Shown piece after piece: positions 51,900 through 60,958 of a DNA stretch of 64,000 nt. The DNA comes from Oscillospiraceae bacterium (GTDB lineage Bacteria > Bacillota > Clostridia > Oscillospirales > Oscillospiraceae). A program made the position numbers and the translations under genes. Under the pieces are notes generated by a model. It was not told the DNA's origin. It saw only the letters and a program-made list of their open reading frames with translations, and made no database searches. The stretch lies in NCBI GenBank assembly GCA_050943775.1, contig JBMNPV010000002.1:1132-65131 (forward strand), read 5' to 3'. How positions within the stretch are numbered: position 1 is the first letter of the stretch; every line of letters starts with the position of its first letter.

Positions 51900-51932
51900 T
51901 TCGAGTTTATTCGAATTTACAGGTCCTGTCAA
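51900..51932 (-). promoter_or_regulatory. promoter of the ZnuA-like gene (TTGACA-N17-TAAACT) with inverted repeat TTCGA-N6-TCGAA across the -10
   Basis: Minus strand: TTGACA (51932..51927) and TAAACT (51909..51904). The inverted-repeat arms are 51900..51904 and 51911..51915. Confidence 0.5.
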
Positions 51933-51944
51933 GCCGCGCAGCCG

Positions 51945-51974
51945 AAAGAGGCTCCGCCGTAGCAGAGCCTCTTT
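51945..51974 (-). terminator. hairpin terminator after gdhA
   Basis: 10-bp stem aaagaggctc / gagcctcttt, 25 nt after the gdhA stop. The U-tract is weak. Confidence 0.6.
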
Positions 51975-51998
51975 GAATGCATTTTGCTGAATTTTTAA

Positions 51999-53411
<1,413 letters not shown>

Positions 53412-53569
53412 CTAATTTTACCACGCAATGACTATCATAAACTTCCAGTTGCGATTTTGCAAGATGCGCAGATTTAAAAATTCATATTATCAAAGACGTT
53501 CATTTTGCACGATTTGCACAGAAAAGCGTTAAAGTGGCAAAGAAGCGCACAGATATGGGTGTGCAGGCC

Positions 53570-53606
53570 AAAAAAAGGCCGCGGTTTATTTCTCCGCGGC
53601 CTTTTT
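53570..53606. terminator. bidirectional terminator immediately after the GNAT gene
   Basis: aaggccgcgg / ccgcggcctt stem flanked by an A-run and a T-run. Confidence 0.8.
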
Positions 53607-53879
53607 TCAAACTAGGATGTTCCCATACCCGTCATGCGTTTCAAACCAGCCGACGGCATAGGGGCAAGTAAGCTTTGCTCGCTTTCCCTGACGGCGCATT
53701 TCGGCAGCAAACGCCTCCATGAGCTTACCCGCGACACCCTGCCCGCGCAGGGAATCGTCGACGAAAGTACGCGTAAGCTCTACAACACCGTCCCCTGCGT
53801 CCGGGAAAAGGACCTCCGCGATCACTGCCCCCCGGGCATCCGCAAGCCAGATACGGCCTGTTTCCGTCTGAAACTCCAT
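53607..53879 (-). CDS. small GNAT-family N-acetyltransferase (YjdJ-like single domain)
   Basis: 90 aa with LRGQGVAGKLMEAF, an acetyl-CoA-binding motif-A-like segment. Confidence 0.7.
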   Translation of the reverse strand: MEFQTETGRIWLADARGAVIAEVLFPDAGDGVVELTRTFVDDSLRGQGVAGKLMEAFAAEMRRQGKRAKLTCPYAVGWFETHDGYGNILV

Positions 53880-53888
53880 GCTCCGCTC

Positions 53889-54071
53889 TCAGTCTTCGTG
53901 GATCGCATCCACGGGGCAGTTCTCAAGCGCTTCCTTTGCGGCGGCATCATTCGCAACAGTCGGCTGTGCGATCACCTTTGCGACGCTGCCGTCAAGGTCA
54001 AAGACATCCGGCGCGGTGCCGACGCACAGTCCGCAGCCAATGCAGGCGTTTTCGTCGATCGATACTTTCAT
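53889..54071 (-). CDS. 4Fe-4S ferredoxin
   Basis: 60 aa, CIGCGLC...C(P), the single-cluster ferredoxin pattern. RBS GAAAGGAGAA. Confidence 0.85.
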   Translation of the reverse strand: MKVSIDENACIGCGLCVGTAPDVFDLDGSVAKVIAQPTVANDAAAKEALENCPVDAIHED

Positions 54072-54138
54072 TTCGTTTCTCCTTTCGCGGTGATGTGTTT
54101 AGTTTAACCGCCCGTGTTTTGTTTTAGTAATTCGTCGT

Positions 54139-54927
54139 TCAATCCGTTTCTTCGTCCCAAAAATGGGCGGCGCTTTCGTAGAAGGCCTCAAAGGCCTGAT
54201 AAAAATTCCCGTTGTGCTTCACATCCGCACGAGAGATGCCGCTGCTGCTCTCTCCGCGAAGAAATGCGGTCTCCTCGTTGTATTTGCGCTGATAGTTGCT
54301 GTAATAACCAAACTGGGTCTTAAAGGTCCGTATGTCCTCGGCAAGGTCTCCCGAATAGCTCTCTGGAATTGCGGAAAGACAGATCGTTACTTGATCCAGC
54401 ACCGTTCCGGTCGTCGCCTGCCCATCGTTATAGATCTCGCGCGAGAGCGCGTATGTACGCAAAACGCGCGCATCCTTGTAATCCCCAAGCGCCTCAAACG
54501 ATGTCCGGGCTTTTTCATACTGTCCCTTTTCGATGGCGGTCACAGCATTGCGATATGTTTTTTTCGTGCGGATCGACTTCGTCAAAGGCGGAACAACGCA
54601 GACAAGGATCACCGCGATGACAGTAGCAATAGCAATGATCTGTTTTTTAGTCAGCTTTTTTATCCAACCGAGCCATTTCGGCAGCTTCTCAAAACACTTT
54701 TTTCTTCTTTTCTGCTCAGGAATCGGCACAGGCACCGGCGTCAACACGGCTGCCGGTGCGGTCGCGGGCGCAGCATTTTGCTGCGCTTTTTTTCCGAACT
54801 TCTTTCTGAATATCTTTCCGGCCTTTTTAGGGTCTTCTTGATTTGCCGGTGCGGAAGCTGCTTTTGCTCTCGGATCTTTTTTTGCTCGTTTAACTTCTTT
54901 GTCCTTTTTCTGTTTCGTCTTTTTCAT
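54139..54927 (-). CDS. hypothetical membrane-anchored protein with a lysine-rich N-terminus
   Basis: ATG 54927 is 8 nt after GAGG. The first ~70 residues are Lys-rich and basic, followed by a Pro/Ala linker, one TM (IIAIATVIAVILVCVVPP) and a ~170-aa C-terminal domain. I recognise no family. Confidence 0.6.
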   Translation of the reverse strand: MKKTKQKKDKEVKRAKKDPRAKAASAPANQEDPKKAGKIFRKKFGKKAQQNAAPATAPAAVLTPVPVPIPEQKRRKKCFEKLPKWLGWIKKLTKKQIIAIATVIAVILVCVVPPLTKSIRTKKTYRNAVTAIEKGQYEKARTSFEALGDYKDARVLRTYALSREIYNDGQATTGTVLDQVTICLSAIPESYSGDLAEDIRTFKTQFGYYSNYQRKYNEETAFLRGESSSGISRADVKHNGNFYQAFEAFYESAAHFWDEETD

Positions 54928-55024
54928 CAACACGGCCTCGTTTCCATATGGGAGTCAACGATACTTTTCGCGGTATTTCTGCTTTCTATTATACACGATT
55001 TGCGGGTGCTTGCAAGCGTGTCCT

Positions 55025-56779
55025 TCAACGCAGATTGTCGATCACGCGCGTGACGATATCCGTGCGCGAAAACGGGGTGATGATGTACCAGCCGTCTACG
55101 AAATCCGCCATGCGCTTTGCAAAGTCGGTCGTGAGCGAAACGGCAAGCTCAGTTGCCTCGGTTCTGTCAAGCCCCTCATACATCCGGATAATTTCGGGCG
55201 AGATGCTCATGCCCGCGATCTCGCTGTCCATATAGCAGGCGTTGCGATAGCTGACGATGGGCATCACACCGCCGAGGAGCCTGCCTTTGAGCGTCTGGCG
55301 TGCAATCCGCAAATTTTTAAGCGCCCGCTCCGAGTGGACCGGCTGGGTCAAAAAGCCCTCAACGCCGTTTTTCTCCTTCTCCTGCGCGCGACGGAGCTGG
55401 TGATCGAAGTTCAGCGCGTTGATGTTCAGCGCGCCAAAGACGCGGAACGGGCCGCAGGAGAGTTCCGGTGCAAGCTCGCGGATGTAATTTGCTAGTACAA
55501 CGGAGTTGAAGTTAAAAACGCTCTTTATGGTCCCGCGCTCCGCTGTCGGCACGGGATCGCCCGTAACGACAAGGACGTTCCGCACGCCCTCAATATTGAG
55601 TCCGAGGAGCAGCGCCTTCGTCGCAATGATGTTGCGGTCGCGGCAGGTCATGTGCGGGATGGGATCGATGTCAAGCTCCCGCCGGAGCTTTGCCGCAAGC
55701 AGACTGCTGTCCGCCCGTGCGCGTGAGATCGGGCAGTCCGCGATCGTCACCGCGTCCGCTCCCGCGTCGCGCAGGGCGCGCGCGCCGTCCATGAACTTTC
55801 GTATATCCGAATCTGCGGGCGGGTCAAGCTCGACCGCGATCACCTTTTTTCCGGACTCGAGCTTGTCCCAGAGGCGATTTGGCGAAGCTTCCGCCGGCGC
55901 GGCCCCGAAGGTCACGGAAACCGTTCTTTTTTCAGCACCCTTGCCGAGCAGGGCGGCGACGTTTTGGATATGCTCCGGCGTTGTACCGCAGCAGCCGCCG
56001 ACCATCTGCACCTCCGGCAGGGCCGCAATATCCGCAAGGCCGTGCGCGTAGTAATCGGCGTTGTTGGCGTAGAACACGCGGCTGCCGACGAGGGTCGGGT
56101 AACCCGCGTTCGGCATTGCGATGAGCGGCTTTTTGACACCTGCAAGCTGGGCGAGCAGCTTTATCATGTGGTTTGGCCCGGAAAGGCAGTTGAGACCCCA
56201 CGCGTCGACATTCGCGTCTCCTTCCATCGCCCCGCGCAAGCGTGAGAGCGGCATTCCCTCGCGCGTGAAACCGTCCGGCGAGACGGCAAAGGAGCAGACG
56301 ACAAAGGCGTCCGGCTTTTTCGCTTTGATGTACGCGGCGATTTCGTGCAGGTCCTCGTCTGACGAAAACGTCTCAAAAAGGAAGTTTTCCGCACCGAGTT
56401 TAAGAAACTGCTCCGCAATCGCAAGGTACTGCGGCAGATTTCTGACATTCTCCGCATGTGGGATGGGGCCGACGTCCGCAAAGACGGACACCCCCTCCCC
56501 CGCCGCGGCCTTTGCAATGCGCCAGCCCGCGTCGATGATTTCCGCGACGGTCTCACCGCTGCACTCTAGCCCGACGCTGTTCGCTCCAAAGGTATTTGTC
56601 TTGACCGCCCTCGCCCCTGCAGCGATGTATTCGCGGTGGATGGCGCTCACGCGCTCCGGATACTGGAGATTTGCCCGCTCGCAGCATTCGGGGTCAAAGC
56701 CGTATTTCTGCGCGTAGTAGCTGCCCATGCCGCCGTCGAACAGCAGCGGCATATCACCGAGTCCTTTCGGAAAGCTCAT
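55025..56779 (-). CDS. yitJ: bifunctional homocysteine S-methyltransferase / 5,10-methylenetetrahydrofolate reductase (YitJ-like)
   Basis: 584 aa. N-terminal Hcy-binding domain (FDGGMGS..., GGCCGTTPEHI). C-terminal MTHFR domain (IAVELDPP...). Confidence 0.85.
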   Translation of the reverse strand: MSFPKGLGDMPLLFDGGMGSYYAQKYGFDPECCERANLQYPERVSAIHREYIAAGARAVKTNTFGANSVGLECSGETVAEIIDAGWRIAKAAAGEGVSVFADVGPIPHAENVRNLPQYLAIAEQFLKLGAENFLFETFSSDEDLHEIAAYIKAKKPDAFVVCSFAVSPDGFTREGMPLSRLRGAMEGDANVDAWGLNCLSGPNHMIKLLAQLAGVKKPLIAMPNAGYPTLVGSRVFYANNADYYAHGLADIAALPEVQMVGGCCGTTPEHIQNVAALLGKGAEKRTVSVTFGAAPAEASPNRLWDKLESGKKVIAVELDPPADSDIRKFMDGARALRDAGADAVTIADCPISRARADSSLLAAKLRRELDIDPIPHMTCRDRNIIATKALLLGLNIEGVRNVLVVTGDPVPTAERGTIKSVFNFNSVVLANYIRELAPELSCGPFRVFGALNINALNFDHQLRRAQEKEKNGVEGFLTQPVHSERALKNLRIARQTLKGRLLGGVMPIVSYRNACYMDSEIAGMSISPEIIRMYEGLDRTEATELAVSLTTDFAKRMADFVDGWYIITPFSRTDIVTRVIDNLR

Positions 56780-59139
56780 CCCAGCACCTCCTTTGCGATA
56801 TCGGCGGAGGCCTTCGCGTCGCGCGCATAGTAGTCAGCGCCGATCTCGGTAGCGTATTCCGGCGTCAGCACCGCGCCGCCGACCATGATCTTGCACTCGT
56901 GCCCGCTCGCGCGCAGCTGGGTGACGGTCTCCGCCATTGCGGGCAGCGTCGTTGTCATCAAAGCCGAAAGGCCAATGAGAGAAACGTTCTCACGAATGGC
57001 CGTTTCAACGACTGTTTCCGGCGGCACATCCCGGCCGAGGTCGATGACCTGATAGCCATAGTTCGCCAGAATGGTCTTGACGATATTTTTACCGATGTCG
57101 TGGATGTCGCCCTTCACGGTCGCGACGATGATCTTGCCCTTAGAAACGCCGCTGTTTCCCTTTTTCGCGATACTGACTTTCAGCACCTCAAACGCCTCCT
57201 GCGAGGCCTCCGCCGCGCGGAGGAGCTGCGGAAGAAAGAGCTGGCCTTTTTCATACTTCTCCCCCACCGCGTCGAGCGCCGGGATGAGGTAGCGGTCGAT
57301 GATCTCAAGCTCCGTGTGTGTCTGCAAAAGCCGCACCGTCAACTCCCGCGACTCGGCCTTGAGTCCCTTGGCAACGGCCTCAAAAATATCCTCCGTCTTT
57401 CCGGATACCGGCACCGGTGCGCTCTCCGCGTTCGCAAAGCGTTCCACAAAGCCCTGACAATCCCGGTCGAAGCCCTTTAGGAGCTTGTACGCCGCGACCG
57501 TCTCGCTCATGGCGGGGATATTCGGGTTGATGATGGCGAGGTCCAGTCCCTCCTCCAGCGCGAGGGACAGAAACGTGCGGTTGACAAGTTCGCGGTTCGG
57601 AAGGCCGAAGGAGATGTTCGATACGCCCAAAACCGTCTTGCAGCCGAGATTTTCTTTCACCATGCGCACGGCGGCGAGCGTTTCCCGGGCCGCGTCCTGT
57701 GCCGCGGAAACGGTCATGGTCAGGCAGTCGATGAAAACGTCGCGTTTGGGAATGCCATAGCTATCGCAGGCGTCTAAAATACGCTCCGCAATTTTGACGC
57801 GGTCCGCCGCCTTTTCGGGGATGCCTGTCTCGTCGAGCGTAAGACCGACGACGCAGGCGCCATATTTCCGCACAAGCGGCAGCACCGCTTCGATCCGGGC
57901 GTCTTCACCGCTCACGGAGTTGACGATGGCCCGTCCGCAGAACGCGCGCAGACCCGCTTCGAGCGCGGCGACATTGTTCGAGTCGATCTGGAGAGGCAGA
58001 TCCGTCGTCGCCATCACGCCCTCAACCACCTCCCGCATGAGCGTCGGCTCGTCGAGACCCGGAACGCCGACATTGACATCCAGAATATCCGCGCCCGCGT
58101 CCGCCTGCTGCACGCCTTGCGAGAGGACGTAGTCAAGGTCGTGCTCCCGTAGCGCCTGCTGAAAGCGCTTTTTCCCGGTCGGGTTCAAACGCTCGCCGAC
58201 AATGCGCGGCTCTGTGAGCGAAACAAAGCGCGTGGCGCTGCAAACAAAGCTCTCCTTCCGCACAGCGCGCACAGCGCGTTTTTTACCCCGCATCGTCACT
58301 GACAGCGTCCGGATGTAGTCGGGGTCCGTGCCGCAGCAGCCGCCGACGTATTTGACGCCAAGCTCGGCGCACTCGGCCATTTCGGCCGCGAACTGTGCGG
58401 CTGAAATATTGTAGTGTCCGTCCCGTGCATCCGGCAGTCCCGCGTTGGCCTTGACGATCAATGGCAGGTCTGTCACCGCGCCGATGCGACGGATGATCGG
58501 CATGAGCTGTTTTGGGCCAAGTGAACAGTTGACGCCAAGCGCATCGACCCCCAGACCCGCGATGGTCACGGCAAAGCTCTCGGCAAGACAGCCCGTGAAG
58601 GTGCGCCCGCCCTCCTCAAACGACATCGTTGCAAAAATCGGCAGGGAGGCGTTCTCTTTTGCCGCCAGAACACCGGCGCGCAGTTCTTGTAAGTCTGTAA
58701 ACGTTTCAAACGCGATAAGGTCCGCCCCAGCCATCTCGCCCGCCGCAACGACTTCGCGGAAGATGTCGTAGGCTTCCGCAAAGCTGAGCGTACCGGACGG
58801 GGCCAGAAGCTCCCCGATGGGGCCGATGTCGAGCGCGACGAGGGCCTTTCCGTCCGCCGCTTTCTTCGCGGCGGCAACCGCGGCGGAGACCAGCTCCGAA
58901 ACACCGTATCCGCTGCCGGCAAGCTTTTTGCGGTTGGCGCCAAAAGTGTTCGTATAGCAGATCCGACTGCCGGCATCGAGGTAGGCGCGGTGGATCGCCG
59001 CCAGAGCGTCCGGATGCGAAAGCGTCCAGACCTCCGGGTGCTCTCCGACAGGCAGGCCTGCTTTTTGAAGCTGGGTCCCCATCGCGCCGTCTAAGACAAC
59101 AAATTCGCCGTCCGTCATTTTTTCAAAGAATGTGTCCAT
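56776..59139 (-). CDS. metH: cobalamin-dependent methionine synthase lacking the C-terminal reactivation domain
   Basis: 787 aa. Hcy-binding (GGCCGTDPDYI), pterin-binding, B12-cap and B12-binding domains (GDIHDIGKNIV). The ORF ends right after the B12 domain. Confidence 0.9.
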   Translation of the reverse strand: MDTFFEKMTDGEFVVLDGAMGTQLQKAGLPVGEHPEVWTLSHPDALAAIHRAYLDAGSRICYTNTFGANRKKLAGSGYGVSELVSAAVAAAKKAADGKALVALDIGPIGELLAPSGTLSFAEAYDIFREVVAAGEMAGADLIAFETFTDLQELRAGVLAAKENASLPIFATMSFEEGGRTFTGCLAESFAVTIAGLGVDALGVNCSLGPKQLMPIIRRIGAVTDLPLIVKANAGLPDARDGHYNISAAQFAAEMAECAELGVKYVGGCCGTDPDYIRTLSVTMRGKKRAVRAVRKESFVCSATRFVSLTEPRIVGERLNPTGKKRFQQALREHDLDYVLSQGVQQADAGADILDVNVGVPGLDEPTLMREVVEGVMATTDLPLQIDSNNVAALEAGLRAFCGRAIVNSVSGEDARIEAVLPLVRKYGACVVGLTLDETGIPEKAADRVKIAERILDACDSYGIPKRDVFIDCLTMTVSAAQDAARETLAAVRMVKENLGCKTVLGVSNISFGLPNRELVNRTFLSLALEEGLDLAIINPNIPAMSETVAAYKLLKGFDRDCQGFVERFANAESAPVPVSGKTEDIFEAVAKGLKAESRELTVRLLQTHTELEIIDRYLIPALDAVGEKYEKGQLFLPQLLRAAEASQEAFEVLKVSIAKKGNSGVSKGKIIVATVKGDIHDIGKNIVKTILANYGYQVIDLGRDVPPETVVETAIRENVSLIGLSALMTTTLPAMAETVTQLRASGHECKIMVGGAVLTPEYATEIGADYYARDAKASADIAKEVLG

Positions 59140-59803
59140 AGCAGGTCACTCCGTCTTTTCGAAATTTGCAGGCTTTAAGGGCGGTACAGCTTTCACAGCC
59201 TGCGTCGCGGTGCTTCTGCGGTCGGTCGGAAATGCCGATGAGCGCGGTCACGCTCTTGCGGGGAAGCAGCAGTCCGCTGTCCGTCACCGTGACGCCGATC
59301 TTCCGCGCCGTATCGAGGTCCGCACAAAATGGCTTTTGCAGTTCAAGCGGCAGGTCCTCATACCCGGGCGAAAAGCGGTCCGTGAGGTACAGTCCCCTCG
59401 CGCGGGCGTCCTCTCGCAGTTCGCTTTCGATATTGTTACAGAGACTTTCCACCGCGCTGCTCGCGCACGCATCGAGCGTCATCGCAAACGCCATGTCCTT
59501 GAGCTCCCAGCGACGGATAAGCGCGTCCACACCGTTTCCAAGCGTTGCACAGAAAATGAAGCATTCACCGCTCTCGCGCAAAAGCTCCGAAATTGCGCGG
59601 CCCGTGAGCAAAAAGCTTGTTCCGGACAGGCGGAGCGTTCCCCCCCGCTCAACGGTGCAGAGCCTTGCCACATGCTTTGGCCTTGCGGTTTCCAGCACAA
59701 GCGCGGCGGCGCGCGTCAGTTCCTCGAGCGCCTTATCTGACGCTTTGCCCCGGCAGCCAAGATAGCGGTATACTTCGTCAAAATCAATTTTGATATTCCG
59801 CAC
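59123..59803 (-). CDS. stand-alone methionine synthase activation (AdoMet-binding, Met_synt_B12-like) domain protein with a C-terminal Cys cluster
   Basis: 226 aa with a GTG start 8 nt after AGGAAGG. It resembles the vitamin-B12-dependent methionine synthase activation region. The C-terminus reads CESCTALKACKFRKDGVTC. It overlaps the metH start by 17 nt. Confidence 0.75.
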   Translation of the reverse strand: MRNIKIDFDEVYRYLGCRGKASDKALEELTRAAALVLETARPKHVARLCTVERGGTLRLSGTSFLLTGRAISELLRESGECFIFCATLGNGVDALIRRWELKDMAFAMTLDACASSAVESLCNNIESELREDARARGLYLTDRFSPGYEDLPLELQKPFCADLDTARKIGVTVTDSGLLLPRKSVTALIGISDRPQKHRDAGCESCTALKACKFRKDGVTCYGHIL

Positions 59804-59918
59804 CGAGACCGCCTTCCTTCCGCCGTTATCATATTTGGTTTAGTATATCGTACTTTACCACGCTTGTGAAGCAAAGAAAGGCTTTCCGCTGGCAATTTGT
59901 TATTTCGGCGCGTTTTGA

Positions 59919-59947
59919 TTGACAAGCGGCGTTGGAGGTTGTAAAAT
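59919..59947 (+). promoter_or_regulatory. sigma-70-type promoter of rnpB (TTGACA-N17-TAAAAT)
   Basis: TTGACA 59919..59924, 17-nt spacer, TAAAAT 59942..59947. Confidence 0.65.
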
Positions 59948-59952
59948 CTAAC

Positions 59953-60306
59953 GGCGAGTGAGCCGAACGGCCGCGGGCACAAGGCGAAAGCCTGTGCGTG
60001 AGGAAAGTCCGGGCTCCACAGGGCAAGGATAACGGGTAACACCCGCCGAAGGCGACTTCAGGAAAAGTGCAACAGAGATATACCGCCGGTTTGCCGCTTG
60101 CGGCGAATCGGTAAGGGTGGAAAGGCGAGGTAAGAGCTCACCCGACGGCTGGGAACAGTCCGTCGCTGTAAACTCTATCCGGAGCAACACCGTGGGAGGA
60201 CATATGGCTGGCCCGGCCGTCCTCAGGAGGTGGCTGGAGCGCGCCGGCAACGACGCGCCTAGATAGATGGCCGTTTAAGACAGAACCCGGCTTACAGACT
60301 CGCTCG
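59953..60306 (+). ncRNA. rnpB: RNase P RNA (bacterial)
   Basis: Contains the universal cores GAGGAAAGTCCGGGCTCCACAGGGCA, GGTAACACCCG, AGTGCAACAGAGA, GGTAAGGGTGAAA-like GGTAAGGGTGGAAAGG, and ACAGAACCCGGCTTAC near the 3' end. P1 can form between GCGAGT (59955..59960) and ACTCGC (60298..60303). The ends are approximate. All ORF-track entries in this interval are spurious. Confidence 0.92.
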
Positions 60307-60316
60307 CAACATGCTC

Positions 60317-60370
60317 AAAAGGCAAAAAACGCGCATCCGCACTTTGTGCTGCCGCGTTCCTTGCCTTTTT
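60317..60370 (+). terminator. intrinsic terminator of rnpB
   Basis: Long imperfect hairpin aaaaggcaa..aacgcg / cgcgtt..ttgcctttt followed by TTTTT. Confidence 0.7.
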
Positions 60371-60373
60371 GCT

Positions 60374-60412
60374 GCACAGAGGGAGGCTGTCGATGGCAGC
60401 CTCCCTCTGTGC
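60374..60412. other. perfect 16-bp GC-rich hairpin of unknown role
   Basis: gcacagagggaggctg-tcgatgg-cagcctccctctgtgc. No U-tract follows it on either strand. Confidence 0.5.
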
Positions 60413-60573
60413 AAACTTTCTCGCGCTATTGCGCTCGCAGAGTCTCTCATCGAATAATCGAAACGAATTTCCTGTCTTGCGCGGATGGACCGGCAGGACT
60501 CGCCGTGTCCGGCGCAAAAGCTGTCTCGCGGCGATAGCGTGTCAGAAGAAAGGGCGATGGACACCGGGAGTTT

Positions 60574-60822
60574 TTATTCACCCTTGTATTTTTTCCTTGT
60601 CGCGATGCCGCCGCGTATGTGGCGCTGGGACTTGTTGTATTCCAAGAGCTCCTTGACCTCGTTATAGAGAGGCTTATTGACGTAGTACAGCCGTTCCGTC
60701 ACATCCTTATGTACAGTCGATTTGCTCACGCCGAAATGCTTTGCGGCGTCGCGGACGGTGGCTCTGTTTTCGATCATGTAGCTGGCCAGATCAACGGCCC
60801 GCTCGTCGATGTTCTCTCTCAT
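60574..60822 (-). CDS. spoIIID: stage III sporulation transcriptional regulator SpoIIID
   Basis: 82 aa, MRENIDERAVDLASYMIENRATVRDAAKHFGVSKSTVHKDVTERL..., a near-invariant SpoIIID HTH. Confidence 0.95.
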   Translation of the reverse strand: MRENIDERAVDLASYMIENRATVRDAAKHFGVSKSTVHKDVTERLYYVNKPLYNEVKELLEYNKSQRHIRGGIATRKKYKGE

Positions 60823-60925
60823 ACGATCCCTCCCGGAAATGTTCCGTATCGTATCCTATGTGAGAGTGTCTGTCCGTTATACCGTCGCCGCAGGAAAAGG
60901 ACCATAGAAATTTTGCAAAATCGGA

Positions 60926-60953
60926 GGCTCCCGCGAAAAAATTCGCGGGAGCC
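60926..60953 (-). terminator. hairpin terminator after spoIVA
   Basis: 12-bp stem ggctcccgcgaa / ttcgcgggagcc, 6 nt after the spoIVA stop. The U-tract UCCGAUUUUGC on the minus strand is moderate. Confidence 0.65.
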
Positions 60954-60958
60954 TGTTT

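Noticed and set aside
59716-60564. ORF-track entries across the rnpB locus (59716..60042, 59829..60026, 59948..60250, 60275..60517, 60292..60564, 60346..60537)
   Set aside because: The interval carries the universally conserved RNase P RNA core sequences, so the ORFs are artefacts.
60369-60656. 95-aa + strand ORF with an apparent GGGAGG-N6-ATG start
   Set aside because: The SD-like sequence is one arm of the perfect 16-bp hairpin. The product is Arg/Cys-rich, and its distal half is antisense to the highly conserved spoIIID gene.
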